This document shows, in pieces, positions 57,433 to 64,000 of a stretch of 64,000 nucleotides of DNA. Below the pieces are notes generated by a model. The model was not told where the DNA came from. It searched no databases and saw only the letters and a program-made list of their open reading frames with translations. The stretch is from Candidatus Micrarchaeota archaeon (GTDB lineage Archaea > Micrarchaeota > Micrarchaeia > Anstonellales > Bilamarchaeaceae). Where the stretch lies: contig CAZPPT010000002.1 of the NCBI GenBank assembly GCA_964588555.1, positions 101,979 to 165,978 of the forward strand, given 5' to 3'. Within the stretch, counting starts at the first letter, position 1, and the number at the start of each line of letters is the position of its first letter. A program made the position numbers and the translations under genes.

Positions 57433-58148
57433 AGCTTTTTAAGGATTTCCAAAAGCGAGGAAAAATCCCCAAGTGATGCAGTAGCACGAGTCTTCTTTAC
57501 TCTTTCTTGTTTTTCTCGGCGCACAAGGATGGCGTGCATCCCTACGTGGCGGGCTGGCGCAATGTCAAATTCCTCCTTGTCGCCGACCATGACGCACGAC
57601 TCAGGGGGGACACGAAGGCGCAGAAGCACCTTTTCAAAGAACTGCGTGCTTTTCTCAATGCCGACTTCATCAGATACGAATACGTCCTCAAAATAAAGGG
57701 CAACACCAAGGCGGATGAGCTTGTCCCATTGCTTTATCGCATTTCCGTTTGTCGCCACATACAGCTTGTACCCGTTTTCGCGCAACTGAAGAAGCGTGCG
57801 CGGGACGTCGGGATAGGGAAGTATGCTTGCCTTTGCGTTATGGTATGCTGCAACTGCCGCTGCAATAAAACGCGCCGGACTTTGTATCTTAAGCTCCTTA
57901 AGCAATGCATCAAAATGATGGGGGTCGTTTGAACCGCGCCGTTTGATGATGGCAAGAAGCTTTTCATAGAGCGCATCGCTATTCCTAAACGGCAGGCCAA
58001 GCTCAATCATGGAACGGATCGCATTTTTGCGTGCAAGAAGGGCAAACTCGCTTGTGGGAAAGAGGGTATTGTCGATATCAAAAAACAGGTGACCGACGGG
58101 CATACTAGAAACTAGAACGGCTGCATTTTTATTTATGCCCTTTGTCAA
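57429..58148 (-). CDS. HAD-superfamily hydrolase
   Basis: Motif I FFDIDNTLF, motif II VATNG, motif IV VGDKEEFDI. Confidence 0.65.
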   Translation of the reverse strand: MTKGINKNAAVLVSSMPVGHLFFDIDNTLFPTSEFALLARKNAIRSMIELGLPFRNSDALYEKLLAIIKRRGSNDPHHFDALLKELKIQSPARFIAAAVAAYHNAKASILPYPDVPRTLLQLRENGYKLYVATNGNAIKQWDKLIRLGVALYFEDVFVSDEVGIEKSTQFFEKVLLRLRVPPESCVMVGDKEEFDIAPARHVGMHAILVRREKQERVKKTRATASLGDFSSLLEILKKL

Positions 58149-59421
58149 GATTGCGCGGCTGCGGGAGATTTTCCATGTACGTAAGGTAAGAACGCCCCAC
58201 TAAGCCGCCAAATAAAAATGCGGGGACTACAAATGCAATGGTAGCGCCAACCATCCCAAAAGAAGCGGTAATGAATGCTCCTGCGCAGCTTAAACCGGTA
58301 AGAACAGACGTAGTAATAGAAGCCGTATTCCAAAGTGAGATGCCATTTTCTTTTCCAATGCGTCTCTGTATCACGCCTGCACTCAGGCGAAATTGCCGCA
58401 CAAGGGAGGTATAATGTTGATGCCGTTCCGAATAAGTAAAAATGTGGTCAAGTGCGCCCGTATCGCCGATAATTTCAAGGCAGCGCAAAAACGGGGAAAC
58501 CGTTTCCTTTGTTGTTGCGTCCGCAAGCCCTTTAAGGAGTTCTTCCTGTACGTAACTGCGGCCCTGCGGCTGATCACGGATAAGCCGAACAATATCAAAA
58601 ATAGCCCGGTTAACAACAGGGGGCTCAACTGAAGAAAGAAGCCTTAGGTTATGCGTAACTTGTTCATAAAATGTATGATCGATACGAGCCGGGCCGCCTC
58701 TCTGCTGCCGAGGCCTGACGACTGAAGTCGGTTCTCGTGGCGCTCTTGAAGAAGGCGTTTCTTCGGGGGGAAAAGCATGTTCTGGCGGAAGTGGTTCCCT
58801 AAATCCAAGCGCACGGGGCGCTTTAGGTGCCTGGTCTGTTGCCTCTTCTGCAGGATCAGCTGGAGGTTGCGCCCGTACTTCTGACCGAGCAAAAGATGAC
58901 AAAGGTAACATAGGGGCTGGTGCATCTGCATCAGAACTGGGAAGTTCAACCTCCACGGATATGATCCCATCGCTAATCGTGGCACCGTCGCTTGCCCTAA
59001 CATTCGATGGAAGCCGTGATGCTGAAGCTTGAGGAGTTACATCACCCGTACGCGGATCAGTGTCACGCTCATCACGGGTAGCCAAAACGGTAGGGCGTGC
59101 TAAACTTGGTGCCCGGGGCTCAGTCGGCTCAGGGACTTCGACCGTTGTAGGGATACCATCCGGCACATCCGGGTCATCGTCAGGATGCACGTCGTGCGTG
59201 GCAGCAAGATCATCATAAGGAATCATTCCGGGCGGAAGTGGACCACGGGGTGCGGTAATGTCTGACCGCTCACGGGGCTTCGGTTGAACTTCAGGCTCAG
59301 GTTTTGAACTGTCCGCACTATGTTTCATACCCGTGGAAGCAGGCCGTGAAACTGCCGGAACAGGAGTTGTTCCTTTCGTACCTGGCGCTCCGCTCCCCCC
59401 ATCTTTTAATTTTTGGTTCAT
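58129..59421 (-). CDS. proline-rich hypothetical protein with C-terminal transmembrane helices
   Basis: About 280 aa of P/T/S/A/E-rich low complexity, then a globular region and the TM pair LSCAGAFITASFGMVGATIAFVVPAFLFGGLVG. Confidence 0.4.
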   Translation of the reverse strand: MNQKLKDGGSGAPGTKGTTPVPAVSRPASTGMKHSADSSKPEPEVQPKPRERSDITAPRGPLPPGMIPYDDLAATHDVHPDDDPDVPDGIPTTVEVPEPTEPRAPSLARPTVLATRDERDTDPRTGDVTPQASASRLPSNVRASDGATISDGIISVEVELPSSDADAPAPMLPLSSFARSEVRAQPPADPAEEATDQAPKAPRALGFREPLPPEHAFPPEETPSSRAPREPTSVVRPRQQRGGPARIDHTFYEQVTHNLRLLSSVEPPVVNRAIFDIVRLIRDQPQGRSYVQEELLKGLADATTKETVSPFLRCLEIIGDTGALDHIFTYSERHQHYTSLVRQFRLSAGVIQRRIGKENGISLWNTASITTSVLTGLSCAGAFITASFGMVGATIAFVVPAFLFGGLVGRSYLTYMENLPQPRNLDKGHK

Positions 59422-59434
59422 GTCAATCAGCAAA

Positions 59435-61312
59435 TTATTGTAGTGAATAAAATATATTTTGAAGGAAATTTGTCGTGCCCGTTGCAGGTATCGTATAGGT
59501 GATGCGCGCACCGACGCCAGGCGGTTCCTCAAAGGAAATGGCAGTCAATGCACTTTTTATTTCATCCGCTAACGGACCAGGTATTGATTTTCCGTTCATT
59601 GACGTGAGTGCGACAGATGCAGGCACCACATTACCGTTAATCTTATTGCTTGGGTCAAGGGAGACCTCAACCATAACCCCGTCGCAGTAATTGACCATTG
59701 ATTGAAAACGTTCGCTGATAGGCGCTAACGTATCCGAAATAATAGGTGTAACCTTTCGTGCATATGAATCCTTCTCTGCATCAAATTGTGCTATGCCCGG
59801 GTTAAGGTCAATACCGCGTGGCTGCGTTGGGCGAATAGGAACACCGCGTCGTGCAAATTGCCGAAGCGCAGGGCGTCGGGTTGTTCCGTCAGAACATTCG
59901 CCCATGTCGTACGCTTCTTCAAGCAGTTCGGCCATAGTAAAAGCAGTTCTTGAAAGGGCAGTATTCGTATTAAGCCGGACGTACCTTTCAGTGATATCGG
60001 TAAATCGATCGTATGTATCCTCAAAACTTTGAGTGCCACGCGCCCGAATATAATCGCATGCTGTCCGAAGTGCAGGCGACATGCGTACAACGACCCCTGC
60101 AACTGCCGTATCTTCAGGCACATCACGGGGGGCTTTAACGTCTCTATAAAGCGTTCCAAGCCCGTTATCCTCAATAAACGTAGATACGGCCGAATCAAGT
60201 TTTTCTGCTGCGAGGGGAATTGCCTTTTCCAAAAGCACGATAAGTGGTGCAAATTCAGGGGGTACAAGGCCGGTTTCCCGAAACTTATATAGCGTAAGCG
60301 CTGAATTAAGCTCCCCATTTGCAAGTCTCTGTGCGTATGATTCTATAAGCCTGGCTTTTTCATTTTTGTCAGTAAGTGCTGCATCTGCACCCGCAAGAGA
60401 AACATGTTCTTGTGTTTGGTCAGCGATTTTAAGAAGCAGCGAATATGCCTTTCCGATATGCCCTGCATTGTAATAGCTGTACGCGGCAGTTTCCAAATCG
60501 CCTTTGGACTCAGCGTCTTGTGCCTTTGTGTATTGGGCAGAACGGGATTCTTCAGTAGTTCCAAAGCGTGGGTCAAAAAGGTTGCCAAGGACTTCTTTAA
60601 CAACCGGTGCATCGGATACCGCAGTATAAACGCTTTTATGCACAAGGGCAATTTCATCCGAGCGCGCAATGCAGAAAAGTTCAACTGCAACATCAGCAAT
60701 TTCATGAGAAATTTTTCCTACGTTTTCAGCCAAATCGCCTCTCCGTATGAGCTTTCGTAATGATGCGACTTTATTAACTAATGCAAGATGTGCATCCTTG
60801 ACATCGTCGCCAAGATCGGGTGGTTCACCAGGACCCACAAACTTTGCTGACCGTTCCAATGCAGCGACGGTATTAAGCAAAGCTGTCCGCACGTCGCCTT
60901 TAGTTTCAGAAGTTATTCCATCAATCTTCTGTTCGACCTCTTCCTTAATGAGCGTATATACTGGGGCATATGCTACACCATTGCCCTCACGGATAAGGAT
61001 ATTTGCCATCAATTTTGCACGTGCATGTGCTTTTGGATCTTCGCGGTTATCCATATACGTAGTAAGCGCATCAGCTATTTTTCCCTCGCGCTCAAGTGCT
61101 GCTCCGTGTGTGAGGTAATCCTTGGAACTAGATATGACTATCGGGGCTTCTTCAATTACGGGTTTAGGAACAGTTGAAGTGGCAACAGGTGGTGCATGGC
61201 CAGGGGTCTGCTCTTCTTGTTGTTTATAGCGAATAAGCACTGTTGTCGCAACGGCAATCGTAGCAATCCCAACCGCTCCTGCAACTAGTCTTTTTCTCAT
61301 GAATGACCCCAT
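59435..61312 (-). CDS. N-terminally anchored hypothetical protein (625 aa)
   Basis: Signal-anchor LVAGAVGIATIAVATTVLI. The rest is mostly helical with no enzymatic motifs. Confidence 0.4.
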   Translation of the reverse strand: MGSFMRKRLVAGAVGIATIAVATTVLIRYKQQEEQTPGHAPPVATSTVPKPVIEEAPIVISSSKDYLTHGAALEREGKIADALTTYMDNREDPKAHARAKLMANILIREGNGVAYAPVYTLIKEEVEQKIDGITSETKGDVRTALLNTVAALERSAKFVGPGEPPDLGDDVKDAHLALVNKVASLRKLIRRGDLAENVGKISHEIADVAVELFCIARSDEIALVHKSVYTAVSDAPVVKEVLGNLFDPRFGTTEESRSAQYTKAQDAESKGDLETAAYSYYNAGHIGKAYSLLLKIADQTQEHVSLAGADAALTDKNEKARLIESYAQRLANGELNSALTLYKFRETGLVPPEFAPLIVLLEKAIPLAAEKLDSAVSTFIEDNGLGTLYRDVKAPRDVPEDTAVAGVVVRMSPALRTACDYIRARGTQSFEDTYDRFTDITERYVRLNTNTALSRTAFTMAELLEEAYDMGECSDGTTRRPALRQFARRGVPIRPTQPRGIDLNPGIAQFDAEKDSYARKVTPIISDTLAPISERFQSMVNYCDGVMVEVSLDPSNKINGNVVPASVALTSMNGKSIPGPLADEIKSALTAISFEEPPGVGARITYTIPATGTTNFLQNIFYSLQ

Positions 61313-61372
61313 ATATATTTAGATGCGATATGTTTATAAACTCATATTTTATCACATTCATCAACTAAATAA

Positions 61373-62620
61373 CTAATTCGAAGAGGACGTGACAAATGAG
61401 AATACATGCGGCTTCTTTTGTGGAAGCTCAATAGTGAATGGCAGTAGTGACTGATATAACGCATCCTCAATTTCCCTAAGCTTTCCGTTTAATCGCAAAT
61501 CAGGCGGGTTAAGTGCAAGGTTCACGGACTCAACACGTCCTGATTCACTTACGTTCACAGTGAACTTCATACTGGATGCGGCTGGAAACTGGTCAGCATA
61601 TCTGCGAAGCACGCGTAGGACAGCGTCTTGTGCAATGCGATTCTTAAACTCATCCTTTGTTACCGTGCGTGCTTCTGGCACCATGAGCCTGCGTACAGAT
61701 GATGGAGTTGATTTAGGGCGCGAGCCCGTACCAGACGTAGGGGCCACGGCTTGCACCGCTTGAACTTTAGGTGTCCCTGGATCTTCGGAAGGGAGGGCGG
61801 GCGGATTTTGACGTCTTTCGGTTTGTGCAAATACAACGCCGGCATCAGCGGGAGCACGAGAAGTAGGATCTGAAGCAAGATATGCATCCTCACTTCTTGT
61901 GCCTGCATCAACTGCAATGGTTCGTTGATAGGTTGGATCAAGCGCTACGAGTTTTTCCTCCCAGGATCCAAGGTCATTTTTGACAACTTCACGATATGCA
62001 GGCTGTTCTTGTGCAACAGACTTATAAAAAGCGACAACTTGGTGAAGCAAAGTTGCATTGTTCCCCTCCACCGCCTTATTTGCGGCACGTGTCGCATAGT
62101 CCAATGCGTTGCTAATGTTTTTACCTTCAAGGTAAAGGGTTGCCATGGTAAGATAATCCTGATTATCTTCCGCTATTCTTAAGTCGGCATCACGTACCCT
62201 CTTTTTTACCTGTTCGAGTATCGGTGGCGAAAAATTATGTCTTTTGGCTATATCGATAAGCGTACGCATTTGAGGGATAGCGTTTTCTTCCAAAACGGCA
62301 GGAACAAGTATCTCAACAAGCTTTGTTGCTCGACCTGAATTACCAGCATTAAGCGCATTCGTTAGGTCACTAAGCGCACTTGGTATATGCAGACGTGCAG
62401 CGGGTTCTGCCGGTGCGACGGCTGCCTTAGTAGTTGCGGCACCATGTCCGGCATCTGTTTTTTTTGGTACGTGTACAGGCACCTCAACAGCAGGAGGCAC
62501 CTTGGAAAACCGGCTTTCAGAAGTATAGAAATTAACCATGGTAAATGCAGTAACTGTTGATGCAAGCGCAAGTGAAACAAATTGTATGGTTCTACCAGGA
62601 CTATTTAAAACCTGTTTCAT
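61373..62620 (-). CDS. N-terminally anchored protein with proline-rich linker and TonB-C-like C-terminal domain
   Basis: TM VSLALASTVTAFTMV, Pro-rich PPALPSEDPGTPKVQAVQAV. C-terminal FTVNVSESGRVESVNLAL...LREIEDALYQSLLPFTIE resembles the TonB C-terminal fold. Confidence 0.35.
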   Translation of the reverse strand: MKQVLNSPGRTIQFVSLALASTVTAFTMVNFYTSESRFSKVPPAVEVPVHVPKKTDAGHGAATTKAAVAPAEPAARLHIPSALSDLTNALNAGNSGRATKLVEILVPAVLEENAIPQMRTLIDIAKRHNFSPPILEQVKKRVRDADLRIAEDNQDYLTMATLYLEGKNISNALDYATRAANKAVEGNNATLLHQVVAFYKSVAQEQPAYREVVKNDLGSWEEKLVALDPTYQRTIAVDAGTRSEDAYLASDPTSRAPADAGVVFAQTERRQNPPALPSEDPGTPKVQAVQAVAPTSGTGSRPKSTPSSVRRLMVPEARTVTKDEFKNRIAQDAVLRVLRRYADQFPAASSMKFTVNVSESGRVESVNLALNPPDLRLNGKLREIEDALYQSLLPFTIELPQKKPHVFSFVTSSSN

Positions 62621-63987
62621 ATTCTTCCACCCCTGGATTTGAAATATTTAATGTAATATGCACGCCTGTTTTTAACTGAACCAATGACGGTGCCTGTAAG
62701 TGATACGACCCCACTTACAACTCCAATACTAATGCCTGCTGCTGAACCATAAGTCATTCCCGCATATGCGCCGCTAAGTGCGGACATGCCCATGGCAACT
62801 GCAGGGGATAAAACGGATATCAGCCCGTCATCAGTAGTACGGTACAATTTATTGTGCTCCTTTGCATAGCGCCTGCCAAGGCGTACCCGTGCAGATTGAA
62901 GCAAGGTACGTAATTGGGTACGAAGAGGCGTATCGACGGAGACTGTTGCAAGCCCGTCGATAACTCGGCCATCTCCCGCAAGTGCAAGCGCCTCAATATA
63001 TGGGAAAACATCCCTGCCGTTATGCAAAAGCATGTCCTCAAGCCGTTTGATAAGCGTATCGATATGTTCATCAGGGAACGATTCGATGTCGGCACGGAGG
63101 CGAGTCATGGCAACAGTCCTGCTTCTGCCGGTTTTTTTGCTTGCTTCAATAATCCTGTTTTCAAGGGAAACGACTTCTGGATCATCTGCATGTGCCACTG
63201 CACTTACGGGGGAGGTATGTCGCACAGGTGCTGCGGGAACTGCTCTTGAAGGGGAGTCCACTGGTGCCCGCAGTGGTTGCACTGGCTTTCCATTTCTACC
63301 AGCACCATTTCTTTTAAGGCGCCGCACGTTTTCAAGTTCCCTTGCTATTACTTCTTGGACTTCTTGCTCAAGATCACGTTCTCTTGCGTTACGTTGTAGG
63401 GCCTCAAATGTTGATACAAGGTTTCCCGCCAGGACTCTTTCTTTGAGGCGTTCAACTGCACGTATTGCGGCAGCAGGTGTACGACTGTTTCTATCAAGGA
63501 TGGCGGCTTGAAGCGCGTCTGTATCGCCTAAAGTATTTAACTGCTCAATTTGGGTAATGTCCATCACCCGAGTTGTTCGAGCTGCACCATATACTTTGAC
63601 TCGGGGGTCGGGAAAACTAACTATCTCTTGCGGACCTGTTGGCGGTACGGGGGGAGGCCTCGCGCGTAGCGGTGGCAATGTTGCTTCGCTAGTCCCGCGT
63701 GCAAGCGGATGCGTCGCATCTGAATCGGCACGCGGCATGGGGGCAGTGCGTTCGGTTGGTTCTTCGATACGTCGGGCGATGGTTCTCATCCTATCTTGTA
63801 GTTCGGTTGGATAACCAGATGACGTATCCCGCGCAAATCCATTACGAAGTGCAGCACGAATGTCGTCATCAGTTGAATATGCGGCGATTGTGTCAAGAGC
63901 CTCAAGCACGCGAGCGGCATGAGGCGAAATTACCGGGCCGGCAGAGTCATGCACATAGCCGTCAAGAAGTGAAAAAAGCGTGTGCAC
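62617..63987 (-). CDS. hypothetical protein with C-terminal transmembrane/glycine-zipper segment
   Basis: C-terminus AVAMGMSALSGAYAGMTYGSAAGISIGVVSGVVSLTGTVIGSV. It overlaps the downstream gene by 4 nt. The N-terminus lies 13 nt from the window edge. Confidence 0.4.
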   Translation of the reverse strand: MHTLFSLLDGYVHDSAGPVISPHAARVLEALDTIAAYSTDDDIRAALRNGFARDTSSGYPTELQDRMRTIARRIEEPTERTAPMPRADSDATHPLARGTSEATLPPLRARPPPVPPTGPQEIVSFPDPRVKVYGAARTTRVMDITQIEQLNTLGDTDALQAAILDRNSRTPAAAIRAVERLKERVLAGNLVSTFEALQRNARERDLEQEVQEVIARELENVRRLKRNGAGRNGKPVQPLRAPVDSPSRAVPAAPVRHTSPVSAVAHADDPEVVSLENRIIEASKKTGRSRTVAMTRLRADIESFPDEHIDTLIKRLEDMLLHNGRDVFPYIEALALAGDGRVIDGLATVSVDTPLRTQLRTLLQSARVRLGRRYAKEHNKLYRTTDDGLISVLSPAVAMGMSALSGAYAGMTYGSAAGISIGVVSGVVSLTGTVIGSVKNRRAYYIKYFKSRGGRI

Positions 63988-64000
63988 GTCCTGTACCGTA

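Noticed and set aside
56333-57442. 369-aa plus-strand ORF
   Set aside because: It is fully antisense to the Cys-rich repeat gene. Its translation is low-complexity S/H/Q-rich, with no signal or start context, whereas the minus-strand product has a signal peptide, periodic Cys repeats and operon-style 4-nt overlaps. It is a shadow ORF created by repeat codon bias.
1-64000. search for CRISPR arrays, rRNA genes, transposases and integrases
   Set aside because: I saw no regularly spaced direct repeats, no rRNA-like conserved stretches, and no DDE or tyrosine-recombinase motifs in any frame.

Overview
This 64-kb window is a densely coding prokaryotic chromosome segment in the standard genetic code, and its gene content reads as archaeal (euryarchaeon-like). 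Pilus genes: a FlaI/TadA-family pilus ATPase, a split FlaJ/TadC-like membrane protein (two ORFs), and at least seven pilin-like genes with class-III signal peptides ([KR]G|Q....E). Housekeeping and archaeal marker genes: Cdc48/VAT (two AAA domains), Bud32 kinase, archaeal-type HMG-CoA synthase, ApgM, DUF424, SepF and ScpA. RNA genes: one tRNA-Leu(UAA) that appears interrupted by two introns, one of them at a non-canonical T-loop position. Other recognisable genes are a complete uvrA-uvrB-uvrC operon, dihydroorotase, an MiaB-like methylthiotransferase, M24 and M50 peptidases, a beta-CASP RNase, two DUF4143-type AAA ATPases, and three PIN-toxin/antitoxin pairs. The accessory-looking content is three blocks. 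First, an 8.5-kb run of three large secreted proteins: one with Ig-like Cys-containing tandem domains, one beta-rich protein ending in Phe, and one with a peptidoglycan-binding-like domain plus coiled coil. Second, a Cys-rich ~27-aa tandem-repeat lipoprotein. Third, a four-gene cluster of membrane-anchored unknowns at the 3' end, one with a TonB-C-like domain. I found no rRNA, CRISPR array, transposase or integrase. Every call comes from reading motifs in the supplied translations and the raw sequence. No searches or folding were run, and start codons and domain names are provisional.
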